NCBI GenBank assembly: GCA_023957115.1 | Contig: JAMLHN010000004.1 | Coordinates: 21,551 to 85,550 of the forward strand | From: Thermomicrobiales bacterium | Lineage (GTDB): Bacteria > Chloroflexota > Chloroflexia > Thermomicrobiales > UBA6265 | Direction of reading: 5' to 3' | DNA length: 64,000 nucleotides | In this document: one piece after another, positions 36,652-45,715 of the stretch | Layout of the letters: every line of letters starts with the position of its first letter | Position numbering within the stretch: position 1 is the stretch's first letter | Program-made: the position numbers and the translations under genes | The notes under the pieces: generated by a model | Database searches by the model: none | Told to the model about the DNA's origin: nothing | The model's input: the letters and a program-made list of their open reading frames with translations, nothing else

Positions 36652-37689
36652 TTAGCTGAGCCCGAGGAACTCGCCGGCAACCCAACCGTAGTAGCCGCCG
36701 CTGTACTCGATCTGCCACCAGGTATAGCCATTGGCCGAGACCGGGCCGTCGATGACCACCGCGGCGGTCCCGTACGACAGGGTGCTCTCGATGGCATAGC
36801 CGGTACCGGCGCCGGAGCGGACGTTCACCGAATCGGCGGCGATATAGACCGACGAGCCGATCGTGATTCCGGTCGAGACATAGCCGAGGAAGTCGCCAGC
36901 CACCCAGCCGGCATAGGCGCCACCGACGTATTCGATCTCATACCAGGTATAGCCATTGGCCGAAACCGGACCATCGATGACCAGACCGTTGGTGCCATAG
37001 GTGATGACATCTTCGAGCGAATAGGAGGTTCCCGGACCGGAGCGTACATTGAGGGTATCGCTGGTCACGTAGACGGTATCGCCAATCGCGAATCCACCTC
37101 CCGAGGTCACCAGGGCAAGGAAGTCGCTGGCCACCCAACCAGCATATGCGCCACCCACGTACTCCATCTCGTACCAGACGTATCCATTGGCGCTGACCGG
37201 ACCGTCGATGATGTAGCCATTGGTCCCGTAGGAGAGAACATCGATGATGGAGTAGCCGGTACCGGCGCCAGAACGGACATTGAGACCGTCACTAGTCACG
37301 TAGACCGTATCTCCAATGGCGAATGGTCCAGAGGAAACGACTGACAGGAAGACGCCGGCGACGTATCCGACGCTGCCGGTGGCATCGACGTAGACCTCCC
37401 ACCACTTGTAGCCGTTGGCGCTGAAGGGACCGTCGAGCACTTCGACGTAGTCGCCAACGGCCAGAAGCTCGATGACCGAATAGGATGTGCCGGGACCCGA
37501 GCGGAGGGTCAACGGACCATCGGTGACCACAGCGGTCGCTCCGATATAGAGCGATCCGTTATTGATATCGCCGCCGCCGGACGCACCGGCGCCGATCGGC
37601 GCCGCGCCAATACCGGCGACGAGCAATGCCGCGATGAGTACGAGGCGGGCAAGCCCTCGTCGTGTCAATGCCAAACCGTTTTCCTTCAT
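36652..37689 (-). CDS. secreted protein with four tandem bacterial SH3 (SH3b) domains
   Basis: Signal/Tat-like leader LTRRGLARLVLIAALLVAG, then four ~73-aa repeats (LNVRSGPGTSYS..GPVSANGYTWYEIEY..GWVAGDFL); GGGGGGAAGG RBS before ATG 37689. Confidence 0.75.
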   Translation of the reverse strand: MKENGLALTRRGLARLVLIAALLVAGIGAAPIGAGASGGGDINNGSLYIGATAVVTDGPLTLRSGPGTSYSVIELLAVGDYVEVLDGPFSANGYKWWEVYVDATGSVGYVAGVFLSVVSSGPFAIGDTVYVTSDGLNVRSGAGTGYSIIDVLSYGTNGYIIDGPVSANGYVWYEMEYVGGAYAGWVASDFLALVTSGGGFAIGDTVYVTSDTLNVRSGPGTSYSLEDVITYGTNGLVIDGPVSANGYTWYEIEYVGGAYAGWVAGDFLGYVSTGITIGSSVYIAADSVNVRSGAGTGYAIESTLSYGTAAVVIDGPVSANGYTWWQIEYSGGYYGWVAGEFLGLS

Positions 37690-37905
37690 ACCTTCCCCCC
37701 GACAACACGCGTGCGGCGCTCCTGATATAGAAGCGATTCGAACCAATAGGTACGCCCTGCTCGTACGGGACTCGGCAGGCATGACAAAAAACGCTTGCTC
37801 CGCCGGCGATGCGTCGCCTCAGGAGCACGCTCGGATTCGTGGGGAAAACCCGAGAATTCGCGGTAACGGGGTACTGTTAGTTTCTCATGGGCAGGGGCAT
37901 TTGTG

Positions 37906-37924
37906 AATTGACTTTGCGTCAATT
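37906..37924. promoter_or_regulatory. palindrome AATTGAC-N5-GTCAATT in the divergent intergenic region
   Basis: Perfect 7-bp arms, in the 493-bp gap between the SH3b gene and the MFS gene. Confidence 0.35.
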
Positions 37925-38182
37925 TCGGCCGTTTTCGGGCGCGAAGTTCGCTTTGGCCGTACGTACACCACTGCTCTGGTGTGGTTCAGGGAGGTTCGAA
38001 CCGTATGGCCCGACCAGAACGAGGTGGTTGGCGTGGGGTTCAAGAGCTCGGAACCCACTGAGACCCGGCCATGCTGGAGTCCGGTGGACGCCTCGGCGCA
38101 TGCCATGCCCGGGCGGCCCCGGTCGCCCTCCATGCCTACATCATGGCACGCTTCCAGCCACAGCATACAAAGGGGAAGCGGG

Positions 38183-39448
38183 ATGTCGATCGCGAAACGC
38201 CTGGAGGGACGAATCTACTACGGGTGGGTGATCGTCGGAACATTGGCGCTGACCGAGACGGTTTCCTGGGGAATCCTCTTCTACATGTTCTCGGTCTTTC
38301 TGGTGCCGATGCGGGATGAGCTGGGTTGGTCGGACGCGACGCTGACTGGAGCGTATTCGCTTGGCTTGCTCGTTTCCGGGTTTGCAGCGCCGTTCGTGGG
38401 ACGGTGGATCGACCGGCGCGGACCGCGGTGGTTGATGACGGGTGGATCGCTGCTGGGTGTGGCGCTGGTGCTGGCATGGTCGCGGGTTGGAAGCGAGCTG
38501 GGCTGGTATCTGATCTGGGTCGGAATGGGTCTGGCCATGGCGGCTACGCTCTACGATCCTGCCTTCACGGCAGTTGCGGCCTGGTTCGAACGAGACCGCG
38601 CGAAGGCATTCTTGCTGGTGACGATTGCGGCTGGATTCGCAAGCACGATCTTTCTGCCTCTGGCCGCCTGGCTGGAGCGTGTGCAGGGGTGGCAATCGGC
38701 GTTGGTGACGCTGGCGGGGATCCTCTTCGTGTTAGCGGTGCTGCCGCACGCGATCTTCCTGCGGCGACGGCCGGAAGATTTGGGGCTTTCCCTGGACGGC
38801 AGAATGCGGGATTCATCGCCCAGCGTCACCTCCGCTGCTGCGGCGCCGGGCGCGGAATTGCGGGAGGTCTTGCGCGATTCGGCATTCTGGTGGCTGGCGC
38901 TTGGGTTCGCATTGGGCACCCTCTCGACCGTAGCGGTCGCACTGTATCTGATCGCCTTCCTGACGGATCGCGGGGACAGCGCGGAATTTGCGGCGTTTGC
39001 GACCGGCCTGATCGGAGCAGCACAGGTGGGCGCCCGCATTCTGGCAACACTGGTGGGGAACCGCGTGTCGCATGTGACCCTGGCAGCGATCGTCTTTGGC
39101 GTCCAGGCGCTCGCGGTGGCGATCCTGCTCGAATGGGAAGGGACCGCCGGGGTGCTGGTGGCGGTGTTGATCCTGGGTATGGGACGCGGGGTGATGACGT
39201 TGTCACGGCCGGCGGTGCTCATCGATTTCTACGGCCGGCGCAACTTCGGCGCGATCAATGGGTCGTTCGCATTTACGCAGAATATCGCGCGGGCGCTTGC
39301 GCCGGTGACGGCTGGGCTGGCGTTTGGCGTGTTTGGAGGCTACCGGCCGGTCTTCTGGGGGCTCGGGGCCACCGCGCTGGTCGCCGCCGCCCTCATCCTC
39401 GGCGCGGGACGACAGGCTGAACGGTCACGGGGTGCGTACCTGAGATGA
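38183..39448 (+). CDS. MFS transporter
   Basis: 12 predicted TM, GRWIDRRGPR-type loop motif; start at M69 of the ORF (GGGGAAGCGGG before the ATG). Confidence 0.8.
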   Translation: MSIAKRLEGRIYYGWVIVGTLALTETVSWGILFYMFSVFLVPMRDELGWSDATLTGAYSLGLLVSGFAAPFVGRWIDRRGPRWLMTGGSLLGVALVLAWSRVGSELGWYLIWVGMGLAMAATLYDPAFTAVAAWFERDRAKAFLLVTIAAGFASTIFLPLAAWLERVQGWQSALVTLAGILFVLAVLPHAIFLRRRPEDLGLSLDGRMRDSSPSVTSAAAAPGAELREVLRDSAFWWLALGFALGTLSTVAVALYLIAFLTDRGDSAEFAAFATGLIGAAQVGARILATLVGNRVSHVTLAAIVFGVQALAVAILLEWEGTAGVLVAVLILGMGRGVMTLSRPAVLIDFYGRRNFGAINGSFAFTQNIARALAPVTAGLAFGVFGGYRPVFWGLGATALVAAALILGAGRQAERSRGAYLR

Positions 39449-41457
39449 ATTGGGGCGTCCTGGGAAGCCTCGTCCTGAACTGAAGCCACAGGGCTACTGA
39501 ACCAAAGTCTCGCTGGGATTGCGAACGATTCCCTGCGGCCGATCGCCGGGCAAAGACGACCAGCGCTCCGACCACGTTCTGGCGATTGGCGCCGACCGGC
39601 AACACACCCTTTACGAGAGCTGATATGCTGCGCGTATTCGCCATCTTTGGCGATGAGCTCGTCGTGGGTGCCATGCTCGACGATGCGGCCCCCATCGAGC
39701 ACGTAGATCTGGTCGGCGTTGCGGATGGTCGAGAGGCGGTGGGCGATGGCAATGGTGGTGCGGCCATGGCTGGCGGCATCGAGTGCGGCCTGAACCTGGG
39801 ATTCGACAACGGTATCGAGGGCGCTGGTCGCTTCATCGAGAATGAGAACGGCGGGGTCCTTGAGAAAGATGCGTGCGATAGCGATCCGCTGCTTCTCTCC
39901 ACCGGAGAGCCGGTGACCGCGTTCCCCAACGATGGTGTCGTACCCGTCCGGAAAGCCAGCGATGACATCGTGGATGGAGGCGGCACGGGCGGCGGCTTCC
40001 AGCTCCTCCTGCGTCGCATCCGGTTTGGCATAGCGCAAGTTGGCGGCAATGGTGTCGTGGAAGAGATAGGTCTCCTGGCTGACGATACCGATATGGCTCA
40101 GCAGACTTGCCTGTCGCAACCGGCGGACATCGGTACCGGCAAAGCGAACCCTGCCGGAGGTCGCTTCCTGAAATCGGGGAATGAGCGCAGCCACCGTACT
40201 TTTGCCTGCCCCGGAGGGACCGACAAATGCGGCGAACTCCCCGGGCTGGATCGTGAAGGAAATGTCGTCGAGCGTTGGGCGCGCGTCGGGCGGAGCGTCC
40301 GAATATCGAAAGGTGACGCGGTCGAACTCGATGTGGCCAAGCCGGTGGAGGTCGACATCGACCGCATCCGGGGCATCGACGATCGACGGGCGAAGATCGA
40401 GATATTCGAAGATACGAGCGAAGAGCGCGCCTGAGGTTTGCAGGTCGAGCGCCGACCGCAGCAGTGTGATGAGGGGAAAGGTGAGCCGGGCCTGAACGGT
40501 GGTGAAGGCGATCAGCGTTCCGGCGGTGATGGCCGTATCGCCATCCGAGATGAGCCAACCTGCAATGAGATAGACGATGGCGGGAACGCACGAGAAGAAG
40601 ATCGTAAGCACCGCGAAGAACCCCTGACCGCTCATCGCTTCGCGGATCTGGAGCTTGATCTGCTCCTGATTCTCGTTGGCGTACCGCTCGGTTTCCTCCT
40701 GCTGCCGGCCAAACGACTTGGACAGCAGAATCCCTGAAATGCTCAGGGATTCCTGGGTGATTGCCGTCATGCGGGAGAGCGATTCCTGCGTGCTGGCGGC
40801 GATCCGCGCCCGGGTCTGACCGATACGTTGTTGCACGAATGCCATGGCCGGCAGAAGAAAAAGGGCAACGACGGTGAGCTGCCAACTCAGGAGCACCATG
40901 GCCACGACCGATGCGCCAACGGTGACGATATTTCCGATCACCTGGCTGACGGTATTGGTCAGTACGTTCGAGACGCCGCCGACATCATTCTGCAAGCGCG
41001 ACTGGATGACACCGGTCTTGGTACGGGTGAAAAAGGAAACCTCCATGGTCTGCAAGCGCTCATAGAGCTGCACCCGGAGATCGCCCATGACGCGGCTCCC
41101 CACCCTGGTCGTCAGCCAGGTTTGGGCGATACCGATGACGGCCGAGACGACGACGATGAGGAAGGTGAGTCCGACCAGTTCGCTCAACAGCCGCATATCG
41201 GGATGCCCAATGGGAGGGAAAAGAGCTTTGTCGAAAATCGCGCGGGTAATCAATGGCAACGCCACGGTGAGCGCGGCCGTGATGAGCACGAGCACGATGG
41301 TGATGACCAGCTCGCGTTTATATGGAATGAAGAGACCAGCGATCCGGCGGCGGAGATGCGGAATCCTGGGAGCTTGGGCATTGAGCTCGCGCTGGCGCGC
41401 GTTGTCGACTCCCGTCGTTCCGGCCAGCGCCGCCGAGCGCCCACCGCGCATGACCAT
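39340..41457 (-). CDS. ABC exporter, fused permease-ATPase (MsbA/multidrug type)
   Basis: 6-TM domain, Walker A GPSGAGKST, signature LSGGEKQR, Walker B ILILDEATSALD. About 95 aa of Arg-rich tail follow the normal end of the NBD. Confidence 0.9.
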   Translation of the reverse strand: MVMRGGRSAALAGTTGVDNARQRELNAQAPRIPHLRRRIAGLFIPYKRELVITIVLVLITAALTVALPLITRAIFDKALFPPIGHPDMRLLSELVGLTFLIVVVSAVIGIAQTWLTTRVGSRVMGDLRVQLYERLQTMEVSFFTRTKTGVIQSRLQNDVGGVSNVLTNTVSQVIGNIVTVGASVVAMVLLSWQLTVVALFLLPAMAFVQQRIGQTRARIAASTQESLSRMTAITQESLSISGILLSKSFGRQQEETERYANENQEQIKLQIREAMSGQGFFAVLTIFFSCVPAIVYLIAGWLISDGDTAITAGTLIAFTTVQARLTFPLITLLRSALDLQTSGALFARIFEYLDLRPSIVDAPDAVDVDLHRLGHIEFDRVTFRYSDAPPDARPTLDDISFTIQPGEFAAFVGPSGAGKSTVAALIPRFQEATSGRVRFAGTDVRRLRQASLLSHIGIVSQETYLFHDTIAANLRYAKPDATQEELEAAARAASIHDVIAGFPDGYDTIVGERGHRLSGGEKQRIAIARIFLKDPAVLILDEATSALDTVVESQVQAALDAASHGRTTIAIAHRLSTIRNADQIYVLDGGRIVEHGTHDELIAKDGEYAQHISSRKGCVAGRRQSPERGRSAGRLCPAIGRRESFAIPARLWFSSPVASVQDEASQDAPIHLRYAPRDRSACRPAPRMRAAATSAVAPSPQKTGR

Positions 41458-41475
41458 GTCGCGCCCCTCTCTCTG

Positions 41476-41934
41476 CTATTCCGCGCTCAGACGGTCGAGC
41501 AAACGTGCAGCGACCCTGAGTATTTCGCGTTCTTCGGACGAGAGCCGCGCCAGCATCGCGACCGCCAGCCAGCCGTCCTGCTGAGAACGGAAATCGTGCA
41601 ATATCCGCTCGGCCCTGTCCGTGAGGGAGAGGATGATCTGACGACCATCGTTGGGATCCGGCTCGCGCGCAAGCATGCCATTGTCGACCAGGTCGCCAAC
41701 CGTGCGCGCCATCGATTGTGGGGTGATGCCATCGGCGGCGGCGAGGGCGCTGAGCGTAGTTGGGCCATGACGACGGATGCGCATAAGAACGCCGATCTGG
41801 GCAAAGCTCGCGGCGCCAGGCGGATGCTCGGTGCGCAGACGGCGGAGCATCCGGAACATCGACAAACGCAACTCACCGGCAATCTCGGTGGCTTCGGGCG
41901 TGGGAACGATGAGGAGGTCGGATTCGAGGGTCAT
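41476..41934 (-). CDS. MarR-family transcriptional regulator
   Basis: wHTH LSALAAADGITPQSMARTVGDLVDNGMLAREPDPNDGR; 18 nt upstream of the ABC exporter. Confidence 0.85.
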   Translation of the reverse strand: MTLESDLLIVPTPEATEIAGELRLSMFRMLRRLRTEHPPGAASFAQIGVLMRIRRHGPTTLSALAAADGITPQSMARTVGDLVDNGMLAREPDPNDGRQIILSLTDRAERILHDFRSQQDGWLAVAMLARLSSEEREILRVAARLLDRLSAE

Positions 41935-41959
41935 GGATTGGACTCATTCGACGATCATT

Positions 41960-41978
41960 TCTTCAGCAAGACTGAAGA
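41960..41978. promoter_or_regulatory. palindrome TCTTCAG-N5-CTGAAGA, candidate MarR operator
   Basis: Perfect 7-bp arms 26 nt upstream of the marR-family ATG. Confidence 0.4.
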
Positions 41979-42056
41979 CTTGAACGAGTCTAGCAGATGT
42001 TGCCCCGTTTGCCCGGTTGGAGCACGTTGGGATCCGTCGCCAACGGCAGTTGCTCC

Positions 42057-42084
42057 GTAGCGTCGCCATTGATGGCGACGCTAC
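42057..42084. terminator. 28-bp perfect palindrome GTAGCGTCGCCAT-TG-ATGGCGACGCTAC
   Basis: 13-bp arms, about 40 nt downstream of the LLM gene stop (minus strand); no U-tract. Confidence 0.45.
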
Positions 42085-42124
42085 ATGGTTTCCCGAAACG
42101 CAATCTGAGAACACACCCTGGGCA

Positions 42125-43051
42125 CTACGCGTTGGAGTTGGATTCTGCGCGGATTTGCCCTACGGCCTTTCGCACCGAGGGAACGATCTCGATGGCGATC
42201 GTGCGAAGCAGCGCAGGATCCGGGGGAACGCCGAGGACGAACGTGTCGAAGCCGACCGAGGTGGCCAGATGGGTGAGGAAGGCGATCCATGCGTCTGGAG
42301 CGCCGGAGAATTCGCCGCTGGTTTCGTCGATGGGCACAGGTGGGGCATCGGTGAAGCCGCCCCAGATGTTATAGACGCGCCGGATATCGGCAGGATTCCG
42401 TTCTGATGCGACTGCAGCAGCGTCGATTTTCTCCATGGCCGCGCGAGCAGCCACGGGCGGGACGTACGCAAGCGAGGGAACCCATCCGTCCGCCTTCCGT
42501 CCGGTCAGACCGAGTGCCCGCGGGCCATAGACGCCAAGCCAGATTCCAATACGGTGAGCGGGCGCTGGGCCCGGTCTCCAGCCGTGGATCTGATAGATCT
42601 GACCGTCGTGCGAGACCGACCGGGCACCGTCGAAAGCGGCACGCAGAATATCGATGGCTTCGTCCAGGGACGCCCAGGCTTCGCCCGGCGAGCGCCGGGG
42701 GCCGCCCATGGCGACGATGGCGTCCCAATACGCACCCGAGCCGAGACCGAGCTCGAACCGTCCATTGCCGAGGAGATCGAGCGTCGCTGCCTGATTCGCG
42801 AGCATGGCGGGTGGGCGCAGCGACAACGTGGCGACATCCGGGAAGAATCCGACCTGCCTGGTACGCGCCAGGCCCATAGCGATCAGGGTCATGGTATCGA
42901 GCTGGGCACGGTTGTAGGGATGGTCCTGGATACCGATCCAGTCATACCCCAGCTCGTCGATGAGCTCGATCGTCTCCAGGATCGTCGCGAACGATGCCGC
43001 TGCGGGCTCGAGAAAGATACCGAATTCGATCGGTCGGCCGTAATCGGGCAT
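42125..43051 (-). CDS. LLM-class flavin/F420-dependent oxidoreductase
   Basis: IEFGIFLEP.., WIGIQDHPYN, RFELGLGSGAYW blocks. Confidence 0.8.
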   Translation of the reverse strand: MPDYGRPIEFGIFLEPAAASFATILETIELIDELGYDWIGIQDHPYNRAQLDTMTLIAMGLARTRQVGFFPDVATLSLRPPAMLANQAATLDLLGNGRFELGLGSGAYWDAIVAMGGPRRSPGEAWASLDEAIDILRAAFDGARSVSHDGQIYQIHGWRPGPAPAHRIGIWLGVYGPRALGLTGRKADGWVPSLAYVPPVAARAAMEKIDAAAVASERNPADIRRVYNIWGGFTDAPPVPIDETSGEFSGAPDAWIAFLTHLATSVGFDTFVLGVPPDPALLRTIAIEIVPSVRKAVGQIRAESNSNA

Positions 43052-43062
43052 GGGACAACTCC

Positions 43063-43368
43063 TTACGCGTTGCCGGACCGGGCTCGGGCAAGAAGGTTGG
43101 CGGTTTCAGCGTTCATCAGATACCCGAGCTGCCCCTCGGTCCAGGGACGCTTCAGCCCCAGGGCGGCCGCGGTTTCGCCAATGGAATAGGCCGCCAGCGC
43201 AACATCTTTGTGCTGGGGAAACTGGAGCGCCGCCTGCAATGCCGTACTATCGATCCGCGTATCCGGATGATCGATCAGATAGTCGAGCAACTGCCGTGGC
43301 TGACCGAGATCGACCAGTCCATAGAATTGGGGAGCCAGGGTCGGCTTTTCCTGCAGGGTCGTTGCCAT
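43063..43368 (-). CDS. hypothetical 101-aa protein
   Basis: ATG overlaps the PIN stop (TGATG); 11 nt before the LLM gene; no motif recognised. Confidence 0.55.
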   Translation of the reverse strand: MATTLQEKPTLAPQFYGLVDLGQPRQLLDYLIDHPDTRIDSTALQAALQFPQHKDVALAAYSIGETAAALGLKRPWTEGQLGYLMNAETANLLARARSGNA

Positions 43369-43853
43369 CAGCTCGTCTCCTTCTGAATCTCTCGTTCCTG
43401 TTCGCGCACAACATCGTCCAGGTGAATGTACCGAATCCCGAGTGTTTTGGGTTGCCATGCGCGATCATTGCCAACGATAGCGATGGCCCCGGCGACGCGA
43501 GCGGTGGCTATGATGGCGGCATCGGGAAATTTCAACCGCGTTTCAGATCGAATGGCTGCTGCTTCGAGAACATGTCTTCGCTCGAAGGGGACAAGACGTA
43601 TCCTGCCTGACTCGAGGAGACTGGCCAGGATATCTTCAGCAAAATCGCCGCCGTATGTCTCTACCGTTCGCACGAGCGATTCTGAAACCGTAATTGCGGA
43701 AACGACAAACTGTGCGCCACTCTTCAGGAGTTCTGTTACGACTCCTGAGTGCGGTTCCTCGCCAGCAAGGTACGCAATCAGCGCAGAGCTATCGAGCGAA
43801 ATGGATGCGTCTTCATGGATAGCTCGGTCGCGAATGAGCTCCAGTTTCGTCAC
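43368..43853 (-). CDS. vapC: PIN-domain toxin (VapC-like)
   Basis: SLDSSALIAYLAGEE.. and C-terminal DAAIIATA..IVGND PIN acidic residues. Confidence 0.75.
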   Translation of the reverse strand: MTKLELIRDRAIHEDASISLDSSALIAYLAGEEPHSGVVTELLKSGAQFVVSAITVSESLVRTVETYGGDFAEDILASLLESGRIRLVPFERRHVLEAAAIRSETRLKFPDAAIIATARVAGAIAIVGNDRAWQPKTLGIRYIHLDDVVREQEREIQKETS

Positions 43854-44188
43854 TCATGCACCTGATTGGAGAGCGGAACATCCTCCAACTCCGGATGGTC
43901 GTCCCATTCGTCGCGCAATTCTCTAATATGTTGCTGGATATCGTCCCAATCTCGGTAAAGTGGTCGCAAGATTCCACGTAGTTCCTCGAGGGAATAAATC
44001 CGTGGCTCACGAGCGGGGCGAAGCTCGGCTTTTTCCCCTTGAATCTCAAGTTCTATCGTATCCCCCACTTCGATGCCGAGCTGGCGGCAAAGCTCGGCCG
44101 GCAGGGTGATGGCGTGACGACCAGTGACCTTGGCGCGATAGACCTTGCTGGTAGCGGTTTGTTTGGATTTGGGGTAGGTTGCAGTCAT
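43850..44188 (-). CDS. AbrB/MazE/SpoVT-family antitoxin
   Basis: VTGRHAITLPAELCRQLGIEVGDTIELEI swapped-hairpin motif; 4-nt overlap with the PIN gene; start at M83 of the ORF. Confidence 0.75.
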   Translation of the reverse strand: MTATYPKSKQTATSKVYRAKVTGRHAITLPAELCRQLGIEVGDTIELEIQGEKAELRPAREPRIYSLEELRGILRPLYRDWDDIQQHIRELRDEWDDHPELEDVPLSNQVHE

Positions 44189-44271
44189 GATCGTTCTCCG
44201 GATTCGGGGCAGATACCGATAGTACGCCAGCCGTCTGGAGTTTTCAATGAAGGCTTCATTGAAAGAAAAGG

Positions 44272-45045
44272 TTAGAACTCCGGCAGGTAGGAATCGTGCG
44301 CCCCATCGACCAGCAAGGTCTGCCCGCTGGTGAACCCACTTTCCGGGAGGCAGAAGAAGAGCACCGCCGCGGCGATGTCGTCTGCCTTGCCGATGCGGCC
44401 GAGCGGAATCTTCCGGGCGCCACGGTCCCACCATTCGGCGTACGACGATCCGGGCCGGTCAGCAATATTGCCGGGCGCGACGCAATTGACGCTGATGCCA
44501 TACGGACCAAGCTCATACGCCATATTGCGGGTCATGACTTCGACCGCTCCCTTGGCCGCATCGTAGACGAGCGCATCGGTATGGCAGGCTCGGGCCCCGA
44601 TGGTGCTGATATTGACGATGCGGCCCTGAATTCCCTTGTCGATCATGTTCCCGGCGATACGCTGATTGAGCACGAACGGGGATCGCCAGTTGACATTGAG
44701 CTGGTACTCGAACTGCTCGGGCGTCACCTCCCAGAACGACTGGCGAATACTCATCCCGGCATTGTTGACGAGGATATCGAGCTCCGGTGCATGCGCCAGC
44801 GCTTCGGTGGCGAGTCGCTCCGTATCGCCCATGACGGCCAGATCGGCGGGAATCCCGAACGCGTCGCTTCCCAACGCCTGGATCGCGCGAACTGAATCCT
44901 CGACGGCATCTGCGTCCCGACCGGAGACGATGATGCGCGCTCCTTCACGCGCCAGCCATTCGGCAATGGTGCGCCCCAAACCGCGCGTACTCCCGGTGAC
45001 GAGCGCGGTTTTGCCGTCCAAACGTCGCGAAGTGTTATTCGTCAT
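44272..45045 (-). CDS. short-chain dehydrogenase/reductase (FabG-like)
   Basis: TGSTRGLGRTIA, NNAG, YDAAKGAV. Confidence 0.9.
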   Translation of the reverse strand: MTNNTSRRLDGKTALVTGSTRGLGRTIAEWLAREGARIIVSGRDADAVEDSVRAIQALGSDAFGIPADLAVMGDTERLATEALAHAPELDILVNNAGMSIRQSFWEVTPEQFEYQLNVNWRSPFVLNQRIAGNMIDKGIQGRIVNISTIGARACHTDALVYDAAKGAVEVMTRNMAYELGPYGISVNCVAPGNIADRPGSSYAEWWDRGARKIPLGRIGKADDIAAAVLFFCLPESGFTSGQTLLVDGAHDSYLPEF

Positions 45046-45688
45046 TGGCGGCTTGCGATTCCTTTGCTACTGGCTGAGCCGATGCATCGATCAGTTCCGG
45101 GAAGATAGCCGAGACGTCGAGCTCGAATCCCTCGAGCACCGCAGAGCACAGGGTGTCACCCCGGCTGTATTCCCCAGCGAGCACATAGCGATCGCCCTCG
45201 AGCGTCTGAACACTGACCGTTTCGCCATCCGGATTGACGATCCAGTATTCCCGCACCCCGCTCCGCTCGTAGAGTCGGGACTTACGCAGGAAATCGTTCT
45301 CGATCGACGAGGGTGAAAGGATCTCGATCACCAGATCGGGCGCTCCGACAATCGCGGACTCCTGGATGATCTCCTGATGCTGACGAAGCACGACAAAGCG
45401 ATCAGGCTGTACGACATCGCTTGGAGAGAGGCGGACATCCATAGGCGCCGAGAATCCGTACCCAAATCCCGTTCCTTTCAGGAACGCATAAAGTGCGCCT
45501 GTCAGCTCGAACGCTACCCTCTGATGCCGTGTATTTGGCGACGGCGACACGATGAGCTTTCCTCCAATGATCTCGTACCGATTGCCGTCGTCAGGCAGCA
45601 ACGCCAGATCCTCGAACGTGAGGAGCCGGTGAAGCGCCTGTTCCTGAAGTTGTTCGTATGACCGGTGCTTGGATGCTGCTGTCACCAT
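45035..45688 (-). CDS. Uma2-family (DUF820) endonuclease
   Basis: LPDDGNRYEIIGGKLIVSPSP, SDVVQPD, EILSPSS, REYWIVNP. Confidence 0.8.
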   Translation of the reverse strand: MVTAASKHRSYEQLQEQALHRLLTFEDLALLPDDGNRYEIIGGKLIVSPSPNTRHQRVAFELTGALYAFLKGTGFGYGFSAPMDVRLSPSDVVQPDRFVVLRQHQEIIQESAIVGAPDLVIEILSPSSIENDFLRKSRLYERSGVREYWIVNPDGETVSVQTLEGDRYVLAGEYSRGDTLCSAVLEGFELDVSAIFPELIDASAQPVAKESQAANDE

Positions 45689-45715
45689 GGCGGTACTCTG
45701 TCTTTCTGAGAACGG

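Noticed and set aside
37955-38010. tRNA suggested by a GGTTCGAAC T-loop-like string and a 9-bp closing stem
   Set aside because: The enclosed segment is only ~56 nt and cannot be folded into D, anticodon and T arms. The T-stem flanks are not complementary.
38036-38100. TPP or cobalamin riboswitch suggested by ACTGAGACCC / GCCACTG-like strings
   Set aside because: The other conserved elements (ACCUGAUCUGGAUAAUGCCAGCG for TPP; the B12 box and GGGAA blocks for cobalamin) are absent.
40828-42060. 410-aa plus-strand ORF over the ABC exporter 5' half and marR
   Set aside because: Antisense to two motif-supported genes, with highly charged low-complexity sequence.
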